Origin: the human T2T-CHM13v2.0 reference genome, Homo sapiens
Assembly: GCF_009914755.1 (NCBI RefSeq)
Contig: NC_060930.1
Strand: one strand, 5' to 3'
DNA length: 64,000 nt
Part shown: positions 32,889-48,240 of the stretch, piece by piece
How the letters are laid out: each line of letters opens with the position of its first letter
Numbering within the stretch: position 1 is the stretch's first letter
Position numbers and translations under genes: made by a program
The notes under the pieces: generated by a model
Databases searched by the model: none
What the model saw: the letters and a program-made list of their open reading frames with translations, nothing else
Told to the model about the DNA's origin: nothing

Positions 32889-34747
32889 ATTTATTGCATA
32901 GGAAGTATTTTGGGGGGATAGTTTAATTACTGTTGTACCTGGTTGTACTTGATGAATATTCACATTTTTTCTGCTCTCTAAAATGAAAATTTAGTATCAT
33001 TTAACAACACTAAGAGACATCATGGAAGCACAATTCTTTATTGCCGTATTTTGGAATAGGGGTAAATAGGATGAGAGTTGTTTAAAATACATTTTACTCT
33101 GTCTCTCCCACTGAGTGAAACTATGCATCCTGGACAGAATACATAAAGCAGATATTTGAGGAATCTAAAAAATAAATAATAGCAGATGTAGTGGGAAGAA
33201 GACCAGAATTTGTTCATTTTTTCCTCTGGTATCTTCTGGCTTAGACTCAAGGCAGCCTGACACCTGAGAGAGCACCTTGTCATAGACACACAGCTGCAGA
33301 CGCCATTTAGTTCAGACTCAAAGAGCATGAAAGTGACCTCTTGTTAGTGGCAGTGGTGGCAGTGAACGCTCTCAGAGGCTTTAAATTCTGAAGGAAGAGA
33401 ACTTTGATTTGAGGAAATCTGGTCCCAAGATGGCAGAGCAAACTTTCATGCTGTTTTTCTATCTCCATCCTCCCATCACTTAGTGTGGATGCAGCGGCAG
33501 GAAGTAGGTGGCAGAGAAGGGGGTAAATAAAACCCCAGCTTTTTGGCTGCAGGACTGAAAAGAGGAGCTCCTAGGAACCAGTAAGTAGGAAAGAGATAGC
33601 ACAGAGGGAGAAGCTTGGGAAAGGGGCCCAATGGAGTTGTTTACAAATTTCTGAGCTCTTTTTACGGCCACAGTCCTCTGGTGAGGACTGATAGTAGAAT
33701 AGTATGCTTGTTTATGTCCTTATCTGGTTGGATGCAGCCTTTATTATTTATTTATTTATTCAGCAAAACATCTTGTCCTTGTTGGCAAGATGCTCTGTGA
33801 AATGTGATGGAGTCTTTTTCTAAGGCAGAGTGACTTATGTTCAAAGGCTCTCTTTACATATGGGCTCCTTACTTAGTTGCTCAGCATCTCAGGCTTGCCA
33901 TCTAGAAAATGGATAGAATTCTCACTACCGTCAAGAAGTGTTATGAGGATTAAATGAATTAATGTACACTAAGCAACTGAACCTAACAAATGTTTCTTTC
34001 CCTGTGGCATTTGGTTTTTAGCTTTCCTATCCATTTCCTAAGTATCAGGCCCTTAGGTTTCATGTTTAGCACTCCTTTAATCTGTCAAGTTTACTAAGTT
34101 GTAGGATAATTTAGAAGCTTCCTAAGAATCACATGTTAAATAAAAAAAGAACAAAGGTCTTAAAGGAAGGAGTGCTAAGATAAAACCTATGGTAACCTGC
34201 TGCCCTTTTTCTTACTTCTGAAGAGTTGAGGTTGTCAGAAAACTAATATTTAGATATGGGCTTATCTGGTTCATAATATTCTAAACAACACTGCTACCAT
34301 TACTATTATTACCAACTAAAACTATTTAGGATGTGTCAGGTATTGACATTCTACATATATTAATTTATTTAATTCTTACAATAACATGATAAGGTGGGTA
34401 CCATTATTATTCTAATTTTACAGAATACATAACAAAAACATCACTTTATTGCCCTAGTCTTGTTATTCATATTATTAAAAAAACAACTATTGTGTACTGG
34501 TCTTAAATTAACTATAAAATTAGTTAATATTTGGTTATCTCTTTAGGATAAAAACTCTAGCTAAAATGAGCCTTAATATGGGCAATGCTTTTTTTCCTGC
34601 TCCATAAAACAGACCAACCCTCCTTGCAAGCTTAAGGCTAAAAACCCAGAATGTAATAACAACTGGAATGTTGGAGATGCATCAAGGTTTTTGCAATGTA
34701 AATTCCTTCCATTACCTTAGTTCAGGTCCTAAGCTTCTCTAGTTTAA

Positions 34748-35071
<324 letters not shown>

Positions 35072-35204
35072 TATTACAATTGATTTCTTACTGAGCATAC
35101 CAATCTCTTCTTCATTGACTGCATACTCCACCCTCACTGCTTGAATTATTTTTATTATTTACATGCCTGGTTTAAAAAATAATGGCTGCTCAATAAAGTA
35201 GGAC

Positions 35205-36510
<1,306 letters not shown>

Positions 36511-36689
36511 AAATAGGGCTTATTCTATGCTTCTAAGAACTGAATCCTGGCCTCACTTATTTCTCTAATGCTGTCTCCTCTGACTGAAAGTAACAAACAG
36601 AAAGCCCTTGTCCAGTCACACAAATACAGTCATCATTCATGCCTTTGCTGCAGAATGTATCTGTCACTCTTAATTAAGTTGTGATAATA

Positions 36690-36890
36690 ATTTTATTGTT
36701 TACTATTTATTGAGGACTTACATTGTACCAGGGTTTGTTCTAAGCCCTTTATGTGGACCTATTTTATAGATAAAAAAGCTGAAGTTTAGAGAAATAGTTT
36801 GCCCAGCATCATACATTCTGTAAGTGGGGTTGCTGAGATTTGAACTCTCGGCATTCTAATACAAGCCTGAGTTTTTAGCCATGATACATA
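36690..36890. mobile_element. MIR SINE
   Basis: atttattgaggacttac...attttatagataaaaaagctgaagtttagagaa...gagatttgaactc. Confidence 0.7.
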
Positions 36891-38012
36891 TTGCTACCTG
36901 TTTATTTCTCACATTGAAGAATGGAAAGGATCACACTGACACTGCAAACCTAACATATACATCTTGTTTCCAGGAGGCAATAAGATAAATTGCATGGAAG
37001 GTCTGTTGGGAGGAATTTGGATGTTGTTACTGTCCCTTACCCTGAAGGTAATTATTAGGTCTTTTGAGCCCAGAGCTTGGTAACAGTTGCCAGTGTTGAT
37101 AAGCCAAAGGTGGGGTATTTTCCTTTTTCCTCTGGTTAAAGATCAATTCACTTCTTTCATGTTTTCTTTTTAGCTGATGATAAAGGAGAAGAATAAAAGG
37201 ATGACAGATGTGAATACTTAATCACGTTGCTTAATATTATGGAGTGACATAAAAATATGGTTTGCTTTATCTAGACAGATGTGGTTTTATAAAATAATCA
37301 TGGTCTTTTTGTTTGCCATGTAGAATAATTATGCACAAAATGGGAGTGTACATTCTGGAAAGGTCATCTTGACTTTTAAAGGGTTTCTTTAGGCATTCAT
37401 GATTGTCACTTTCTGATCAGTATGGGACAAGTTGGGATACATAAAACTCTATTCTGTGTTAAAGGAATATTTCAAAGATTCCATGTTTAATGAAATAAAG
37501 TATTGCCTAGAAATTAGAGACTTGTGATTACTTGCACTGATTCATTCTGAAGTTTTCTGAATGCTCTTTTAAAAATCTGTAGCTCTTAGTTTCTTATTTC
37601 TTTCAGATATCAAGAAATGCGGATTTCCAATGCACTTAGCTTATGCTCAATATTAAGTGAAATAATTAATTTAGCATGTCCATGATGATACTAAATTAGT
37701 AATTCAGGGTAGTTAAAATTGCAGTGGATGCTGAACTGATCCAAGAAACAGTTTCAACCTTGTGAACTGGTTTGGAATTAGTAGTCTATCATTAAATAGT
37801 AATTAAACATCAAAGGCTTGAAATGGCCCATTATGTGCAACAGAAAGTTTGTGTGTTAGAATAAGACACTTGAATTAATATATATTTCATAATTTTATAT
37901 AGCAATTATGTGGTGATAAACAGTATAATTATTTTATTTTTTATGAGTTCATTGTCTACATTTTATATTTTACATAGTAGTTATGGAGAAATTGCCTACT
38001 CTGTGATGATAA

Positions 38013-38384
<372 letters not shown>

Positions 38385-38858
38385 AATTTTCTTTTAAATC
38401 CCTATACAGAATGTAATTTGAATATGGATTTTGTTTTTGTAACTCATATTTGAAAAATGTCTCCTTTAAAAAAATCATACAAATATTGAAAGTATTTGAG
38501 ATTTTTTAACCTAAATCAGGAATTTGTTTTAACATCTGTTATCAGTCATCTGAAGCCACAACACTTGGTTTTTAGAGCCATTCCACTTTATGATGTGAAC
38601 ATGCATGATGCATGCAAGGAAGAGTAACATTTCATACTATGTGCAAAATTGTCAAACCTTGTATCTTTGGTATGTGGGAGATTGGGGAAGTGAAAAATGA
38701 GTCTGTTTTATTAGGGGCAGTGGTATATCATGGTGTATGGGTCATCATTGTGAATCACAGGGAAAGTGGCATAGCATTTGGGATTGATCCACATGCCACC
38801 AGTAAATCTTGGCCCAAATCAAATCGAAATAGCACAGGAATTAAGATAGTTAACATTT

Positions 38859-39420
<562 letters not shown>

Positions 39421-39685
39421 TTATTAAATAAATATCTCCCTCGGGACTTTGATTGAGGTCTAAGTCATAGAAATGGTCTGTTTTCCTGAATTTTTCTTCG
39501 TTAAGATGAAAGTTCTAACTTCCTGCCAGTAAATGTCTAATTTATCTGGAATTTGTATCTTCAGGATATTTGAGTCTTAGAGTTTGTTTCATTGTCCCAG
39601 TGGTCAGTCTAATGTTGAGCTTAAGTCATTTATGAATTCAGCCCTTTTGTTTTTATGAAGATGTAGAAAATATTCTATGGCTTTC

Positions 39686-39888
<203 letters not shown>

Positions 39889-40164
39889 TAAGCTTCCTCC
39901 AAGATATTTCTTCTTTCTCCTCTTTCCAGAAGCACAGTCACCCATCTAGCTTGGGCTCTCTTTAGCCTCCTCTGTAGTAATCCTAACTCTAGTCTCCTTA
40001 CAATTTATTTTCTAGATTAACTTAAGCAATGTTCTGATCACAAACTTTACTATTGTCTCTCCATTTATCATTATATACAATCCAAGTCCCTTAATGTGAT
40101 AGCCCAATGTCTTGTTGCTCTGGATCTACCTTTCTTTTCTTATCTTAAAATTCTTAATCATCAT

Positions 40165-40440
40165 GGAAGCTAACATTTATTGAGCACTTACTATATAACA
40201 AGCACTGTGCTTACTTCCAAACATACAAAGATGAAGAATAGAACCTACTTTCTCCCTTTGTGATTATCACAGGGATTATCTCACTTAATCTTTGTGGAAA
40301 CCATATGAGCTATGTAATATTATTAACTCCATTTTAATGAAGAGGAGACAAAGTCTTGAAGAGTTTATGTAACTTATTCAAGGTCACAAGAGAACCATGT
40401 GGTAGATCTGGGATTCACACCCTCACTTTTAAGCCCTATA
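40165..40440. mobile_element. MIR SINE
   Basis: gctaacatttattgagcacttact...aacttattcaaggtcaca...gggattcacacc. Confidence 0.7.
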
Positions 40441-41828
40441 CAATACTCCCCATGTCATAAATTTTCTAACTCTAACCCATCTTTAGACGTATGGGGCTAC
40501 TCACCACTCCCTTTATATCCCTCACTTTTTTCTCTTCATTATCATGTTTTATGTCATTTTATTCTCCTTGTATGTAGGTCTCAATTTTTTTCCTTATTTC
40601 TGCCTATTGAGTAACAACTGCCTTCAACCTGTGGATATAATTGACCTCTCCCACCACAGAACCAAAGCTTCATTTATTTTCTTAACTCCCATAGTGCTAT
40701 AACCTTGTATGCTGCTTATACAGACTATATGATGAGCTTTATCGAGTGCTAAAATTTTTTTTAAGAGTAAACGCTTCTAATTATGTGTCATAAGTAAGTT
40801 CTCAGAGAAGCTGATTCAGACTTTCCACCAAAGGGTTGTGTTGGTACAGAAAACATAAACATCAACCACATTTTAGCACAATTTTCATCATTCTCTTGTG
40901 GTTTGACTTTTCTGATGATGTCTAAACTTAGACATAAAAGGAAACCCCGCCTTATATGGATGACATGGAATGGAAAAGAAGCTCCATGGCTTTCCTGTTT
41001 CACTGGTGGGTTTGACCTTTTCCACACGTGCATTTGCTTTGAACTCCTCCTAAGTTAGGTGCTACGTGAATACAAGTTATAATTAACATGCTTTCTTTGG
41101 GTCTCCTTGAACAAAATGTTCTCTCTCATGATATGCTATGCATATTTACTTTGAATGAATAATAGTTTTGAATTTGGATTTAGAAAGCAGATAATGTGAC
41201 TGAAATCCATGTTTCTTCTTTGCCTTTAATCTAGGGCTGCAGGATGGGGCCCAAATGTGAAGGGAATAAAACATGAGAGAACCTTGTTTAGCCACGAGAT
41301 AACCAGGGATAAGAGTTTAGCTTATAGGCTCTAATCAAACGTGTTATTTTTCATTGAAAACTGGCGTATGGTATCACTATGCAGCTGTTAACCAGCTGTT
41401 TCCTTTCTACTGGGGTTCTTGTGTGCTCTCTGCTTTAAATTTATGTGTTGCTTGGGATCCCGAAGGATAAAATAGTACTTGTAGGTTCAAGGTAGTGGTT
41501 GGAATGGTTGTTTGCATGTTTTTAGATTTTTTAGTTTAAAGCAACATGTTTAAAATGTTTTCTTCTAATTGCTATTGTGAATATGCAAATGTTTATTTAA
41601 TCATGCTCAAGTGAGAGAAGATATAGAAACAATTCATAGGCTAATTCAAACCATGTTTTTCCCTCTCTTGTTTGCCCTACACTAATCTGCCAAGCCTGTA
41701 TGATTGTCTCAGTTCTCCATTTAGCACCGAAGTTAGTTTTGAACCCTGAAAAAAGAGACATTTATATACTTAATTATTTACATATAATAATAAATATCGT
41801 GGTCATGTAATGGCTACTTCAGTCATTT

Positions 41829-42660
41829 TATTTCCGGAATTGGTTCCTTCCAGTGGGTTCTTGGTCTCGCTGACTTCAAGAATGAAGCCATGGACCCTCG
41901 CAGTGAGTGTTACAGTTCTTAAAGATGGTGTGTCCGGAGTTCGTTCCTTCAGATGTTCAGATGTGTCCAGAGTTTCTTCCTTCTGGTGGGTTTGTGGTCT
42001 TGCTGACTTCAGGAGTGAAGCCACAGACCTTTGCAGTGAGTGTTACAGCTCTTAAAGGTGGCGCATCCAGACTTGTTCATTCCTCCGGGTGGGTCGTGAT
42101 CTTGCTGACTTCAGGAGTGAAGCCACAGACCTTTGCAGTGAGTGTTACAGCTCTTAAAGATGGCATGTCCAGGGTTGTTTGTCCCTCCCAGTGGGTTCGT
42201 GATCTCGCTGGCTTCAAGAGTGAAGCTGCAGACCTTCGCAGTGAATGTTACAGCTCATAAAGGTAGTGCAGACCCAAAGAGTGAACAGCAGCATGATTTA
42301 TTGCAAAGAGTGAAAGAACAAAGCTTCCACAGCGTGGAAGGGGACCCCAGCGGGTTGCCAGGGCTGGCTCAGGTGGCCAGCTTTTAGTCCCTTATTTGGC
42401 CCTGCCCACGTCCTGCTGATTCGTCCATTTTACAGAGCGCTGATTGGTCTGTTTTTACAGAGTGCTGATTGGTGCGTTTACAAACCTTTAGCTAGACACA
42501 GAGAGCTGATTGGTGCATTTTTACAGAGTGCTGATTGGTTCATTTACAATCCTTTAGCTAGACACAGAGTGCTGATTGGTGCGTTTACAATCCTTTTGCT
42601 AGGCAGAAAAGTTCTCCAAGTCTCCAGCTGACCCAGAAGCCCAGGCAGCTTCACCTCTCA
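41829..42660 (-). mobile_element. Solo LTR12 (HERV9/ERV9) LTR
   Basis: U5 tandem units (gctgacttcaggagtgaagcc..gcagtgagtgttacagctc) and U3 ctgattggt repeats; 4-bp TSD ATTT at 41825-41828 and 42661-42664. Confidence 0.95.
42381..42590 (-). promoter_or_regulatory. LTR12 U3 CCAAT (NF-Y) array and variant TATA-like box
   Basis: Five intact ctgattggt motifs (CCAAT on the minus strand) at about 42440-42580; ACTAAAAG at 42381-42388 where the consensus has AATAAAAG. Confidence 0.6.
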
Positions 42661-42793
42661 ATTTCATGCCTTCACTGGCCCGATGACAGAGTTTCACCAA
42701 CAGAAGAAAATCTTTCGGTTTGTCACAGTGTGTATGGTCTGTGGTCAGATATGTCAAAGAATGGTAAACAAAGGCCTGTAGACAGTATATCAG

Positions 42794-43198
42794 TGCTATG
42801 GTTTGAATGTGTCCTCCAAAGTTCATGTGTTGGAATCTTAATTCTCAATGCCATAGGTTTGAGAGGTGGGACTTTTAAGAAATGGTTAGGTTATAAGACC
42901 ACATCTGGTCTCATGAATGGATTAATGCCATTAGTGCAGCAGTGAATTAGTTGTCACAGGAGTGAGTTCCTGATACATGGATAAATTTGGTCCCCTTCTT
43001 CCCCCTCTGTCATGCTCTTTTGCCTTCCTGTCTTCTGCCATGGGATTACACAGCAAGAGGGTCCTCACAAGATACAGCCCCTTGATTTTGGACTTCCCAG
43101 CCTGAGCCAAATACATTCATGAGCCAAATACATTTCTTTTTTTATAAATTACACAGTCTTAGGTATTTTGTTAGAGCAGCATACAACAGACTAAGACA
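42794..43198 (+). mobile_element. MST/MLT1A-type MaLR solo LTR
   Basis: tgctatggtttgaatgtgtcc...ataaattacacagtcttagg...gactaagaca. Confidence 0.88.
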
Positions 43199-45067
43199 AT
43201 TGGAATTCCTACTAAGGATTCACATGGTATGGAGTTTAAACATAATGGAATATGTTTGTGTTATCCTTTTTATTATTGGAAGGTTGAGATTTTATTATTA
43301 CAAGGTTGAGATTAGGAAAATAATACCTAACAATTATAACACTTACTACACACTAAGTTTTCTACATGTATTAATTTATTTAACCTTCTTGATAAGTACT
43401 GTTAACATCTTTGTTTTATAGGTAAACTGAGACAAAACATGTTAAGAAAAGTGTACATGGTTACACAACTTGTAATAATCAGAGAAGGATTTAGATGTTG
43501 GTAGGTTAGCTCTTTACTCTGTACTAGACTGCCTTGAGTTGTTGCAAGGAGTTAATAATTAATCAGATTACTAATTTCAGAAGTAGTCCAGTGGCATGTG
43601 CCTCTATAATTCCTGTGTTTGGTATGTTTGATTAACTTCCCCTAAACTTTTAGAACTCTTTTTCATGATTGCTGGGGAGCACCAGTGTGGGGGCAGCAAA
43701 GCTTCTATCTAGAAGATCAGTTAAGTCAAGATAAGGAATTCACAGTAGGTGTATTAGGATATATCAGGGTGTACTAGTCAATGTCAACCAAATGCAGAGT
43801 GAGTTGAGCTGGGATTACTATATCATGCTCCAACAATTCAAAGTTTTCATGGGGATCTCTCTTTTCTGAAACCAAGTCTAAAACTCTCATACCTCTCATG
43901 TGAATTTATGTTAAATTTCAGAGCATTCAAAGATTTTCTCACCCTAATGTTCCCTTGAATTAACTAGATCAAACTGCTGAGCTCATAGGAGGGGCTTCTG
44001 AAATATGTTTGCTTGTTTGCTTTTGCTTTTGGATAGATGGATAAGTGGATAATTGAGAGAAAGAAAAATAAAGTTCATATTAATAAAATTGTAACTTGCC
44101 ATATTTCATTTTGTTACCAGGAAGTAATGACAGTCTTTAAATGACTTAGTCTTCCTCCAAGGCATTGTCTCCTGCTAAGCCTCAATAGGCAGGTAGGGAA
44201 GAGAAGCTATTGAGAGAGGGAGTGCTCTATAGATAGTTTTCTTTTTTCTTCCTGACCACAGTTAGCACAGAATATGGAATCATTTAATCTCCATGTTATC
44301 TTTGGTGGGGGCCAGGAATATAAGGAGGAACAGAAGCTAAAATAACACCACCACCACCAACACAGAGAAGCTAAAATGAAATTACTGAGTTAATGACTGA
44401 GTCCTCTATAACAGCAACTTAATATATTGGCTGTGTAGGCCATGTTATTAAATTGTGGTTCCAGTGAGTATCTTAGAGCAAATAACTATAGCAAAAGTAC
44501 TATTAAATTCTTAGCAAACCAATAAATCCATACCTGCCAGTTAAGGGCAAAAGATATCTAATTTACACATTTAAGATGTATACATGCTACATTTGGTTTC
44601 AGAGCATTGGTTTCCTTGGATTTAAAGTGCATTTGTACATTAACTAGAAAAAATTGGTAGACTTTAACAATAAGGTGAAATACTCAAACCTGGGAAGAAA
44701 TCAGTAGGCTTTAACTATAAGTTTAAAGAGCCAAAACAAGCCACCAAATGAAAAAGTGAAAGCTCATGTGTGCTTTACACATAGCAGACGTGCTAGAAAT
44801 AATTGAGTAAATGTAGATGGACATGAATAGGTGGAGAAAAACCTATGAATTAATGGCACCAAAATCTCAGGTTCTACTTGGGGAACGAGGCTCTGCCGTC
44901 TGGGGAGGTAAAGTGAGCTAGTAAAATGACATGATCAACCATTGCTAGGATAAGCTGTTTAGTCAGAACACTAGCTAAGGTCTCAGCTAAGGAGAATGAG
45001 TAAGTGGTAATCATATTTGAGTAAGTGGTAATCATATTTAAAGACTCAGAGATCAACAGAAGCAAAC

Positions 45068-45225
45068 TCCTTTATTATTTATTTGTTATTATTATTGGGG
45101 ATCTCACTCTGTCACCCCGGCTGGAGTGCAGTGGAATGAGTATAGCTTACTGCAGTCTTGAACCCCTGGGCTCAAATGATCTTCCCACTTCAGCCTCTCG
45201 AGTAGGGTGTAAACCATCATGTCCA
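45068..45225 (-). mobile_element. Alu monomer fragment (FLAM/AluJ-like)
   Basis: tctcactctgtcacccggctggagtgcagtgg...gggctcaaatgatcttcccac. Confidence 0.8.
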
Positions 45226-45409
45226 GTGCAAAGTCCTTTATAAGGTGGCATACTTGCCTTGGGTAAAGACAAAGATGACCAGTGTTGGTGAGCAGTGTTA
45301 TCCAGTAGATCCAGATGTTTTGCTGTCAAGATCAAGAAAGTAGGTAAGGCAAAAGAACGGGCCCAGTCAGAGCAGAACACAGGGGCTGCCCTTGGGAGAA
45401 AAGTGGGAC

Positions 45410-46995
45410 TAAACAGCATTTGGGATCAGAAAATCATTTTAATATGATGATTCAGGGTATTTTACTAGCCCACTTTCGAATTCTCTTCACCTAATCATTA
45501 TAAAGACTCCTATGGCTGGTGATTCAGAGAGCTCACAAAGTCTAAATTGCATGTACAAAAGGATAAATGTAAAATTTTGCACTTAGCTTAAGAAACAAGT
45601 GGATGATGGGTAGGGAGAACAAGCTCAGTCACACTTTGCAGGAAAACAAAACAAAACAAAACATTGCATTAGGAATTTTAAAATTTAATCTTAACTGCCA
45701 CAAGTCAACTGTGTGACTTTTGGCACAAGATCTTTTAAAACCTTAATTTCCTTATCTGAGAAAGAGGATGTTGGAAGAAGATCGTCTCTGAGGTTCTTCC
45801 TGGATTTAATTTTGTAGTTCTATGGCGTCGAGTTTTCTTTTAAGTACCAATTCATATGAAGCAATGTTGTGACATGTGATGCCAAAAATCTAATTCATTA
45901 GGAGAAATACAGAGACTAGATTATCCTACTGTATTCAGTGTAGTCGCTTCATTTGGCTGGACAATCAAGTTATGGTTGCCATATATTTTGAAGGATATTA
46001 AAAAAATTATAGGAGATCTAGAGGAAGTTGACTGAGGTGTTTATTATTGTAGAAACAATTGTATAGAAGAAAACATGAGATGAACTAGGGTTCATTAGCC
46101 CAGGCCAGAGAAGAAGGGGGCACTCAGTAACTTTCTTCCAGTATCCCCTCTCATAGCTCTAGATGGAAGGCTGTAGGAAGATTTTCCCTAAAGGCTACAT
46201 AAAAAGAAATAAAAAGACAAACCTTCAAATAATTGCAGTGTTCCAGTAGTAAACTGGATTGCTTTGTGATGAAACGATTTCCCTCACAAGGATGATGTTC
46301 AGGCAAAAGTTGAAAGACCATCTCTGCAGGGAAAGCTGGATTTGATGATCTTGAGGGTCCCAGGCACTCACAGGTGCTTCCATCTTATGATTTGCTCAGT
46401 CTTGACATTAGTTTTGAAATTACAATAAAAACAAATTTATGTGCTAATATCAGAAGTGATAAATTTTTATGGCAAACTATTTTCTGATTAATCAGAAATA
46501 AAATATTATAATTGTCAAAACTCAGACAATTTCATTTAGTTCTATATAAAGAACTATTGAAAACAGCAACATGATCTGGAGGTTTTTACAGTTCCTCTTG
46601 CTCCTTGGCGTCTTTATCCTTCAAGAGCATTTCTCTGAGTGTATTTCTTTCACATCTAATTCTGTCTTGGTGCCTGCTTCTTGGAGAATCTGAGTTGACC
46701 TAGTAATAAACACACAATAAATATTAGCAATTTTCTCTTACTCTTTCCTCTGTGACTCAAAAGCAATTTGTTTTCTTCCTGTGAATAGTTTGTTTACTGT
46801 TGGTGGATATAGAATTAAAGTGAGTTAGAATTTTATGTTGTTTTTCCTAACGGAACCATGGAAACGTTCTTGCTGTTTGATAGTTACAAAATGCCTCCTG
46901 ATTTTAGGCGGATAGTAACAATTTAGAATTGAATTGTAAACAGCATTTGGGACCAGAAAATCATTTTAATATGATGATTCAGGGTATTTTACTAG
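45410..46995 (+). repeat. Pair of 59-bp direct repeats at 45410-45468 and 46937-46995
   Basis: taaacagcatttggga[t/c]cagaaaatcattttaatatgatgattcagggtattttactag; one mismatch. Confidence 0.97.
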
Positions 46996-48029
46996 TAAAA
47001 ATACTTAATATCACTTAGTATTTAGACTTCACATCTAACTGGACTAGATGACTATTTATGTGTAGACAGGACTTAGAGGCGGAACAGCAGGAGGAAATGT
47101 AGAAAGTCAAACACCTGGCTAGGGAAAAGTCCTTACGCTGTCTGGATTTGGTGTCAGCCTCCGCTCTGTCTCCACCACTAGCATTTCCAGCCAATGCATC
47201 CCTGATTACTCAAAGCCAAGCATTTCCTGCAGAGTAGCAGGAGGGATAGGAAACAGCATGTGCTTCCTGGTCTGGGAGGTGGCACAGGACTGCGGGGCAG
47301 CCAGTAATAGCAAACACCTAAAGCGGGAAAGGATTTGGTGACCCTGTGAACAGAACTTTGCTTTTCAGCAGAATGACACAATCATCTGTAGCATTTTAGT
47401 CTGGATTTAAGTCATAACTACTGAGAACACACTCACTGTAGAATCTTTGCTTTTGGGGCACCAGTGTAATAAGGTAGACAGGACTGATACTGACTTACTC
47501 AGGGGAGAGAAACAAAGATACACCCAGCTCTTCCGGAGCATGGGGTGCCCTTGGTGGAAATAAGCAAACATTATTTTTTTGCCCTGGGGTCAGTTAAGGT
47601 CATTCAGGAATCACTTCATTGAGAAGGACAGTCTTGAAGAGAGTCCAAGAGAAAAAGCATAAAGTTATGCTTTGAGTGGAGGGAAGGGTATAATCATTCC
47701 AGTTAAAGGGAATTGCTGTCGATCACAGCTCTGAAGCAGAGAGAATGATTTGTTAACCAGGGCCGTGAACTTAGGTTTACCTTTGAAGTTCTTAAACACT
47801 GTATAAAGCTGCATATTTTAAGAAGTAGAGTGAGCCTTAAATATTTAAATTATTTAAATGTGTATCTCTCTTGTAGGGCATGGGAAGAGGACCATAGTTT
47901 CTGTGGCCTCCCTAAGATGGCCTGCCACCTCTCCTGATGCTGGTGACTTCTTGTGATGGTGGGGCAATATTAAGTGTTTGAAAAAGGAAGAAGTTCTTAT
48001 TCCCAAGTGAGAGACCATATAAACATAGA

Positions 48030-48240
48030 AATTAAAGACAAGGGATTTGGATGAGGTGTGGATATGAATTACAGTTTTATTTCTTGCTAGTCATGTCACC
48101 CTGGGAGAGTTACTTCATCTTTCTGAGCTTCAGTTTCCTTATGTAAAGGAATGGTGACAATATTAGCTCCTATCACAAAGGATTTTTGTGAGAATTCAGT
48201 GAGATGTGCCATGTACAATGTTTAGCACACAGTGCCAGAA
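48030..48240. mobile_element. MIR SINE
   Basis: gttacttcatctttctgagcttcagtttcc...tgtgagaattcagtgagat...tttagcacacagtgcc. Confidence 0.75.

Noticed and set aside
41850-42260. Regularly spaced repeats resembling a CRISPR array
   Set aside because: These are LTR12 U5 tandem units with homologous, not unique, spacers; the DNA is eukaryotic and has no cas genes.
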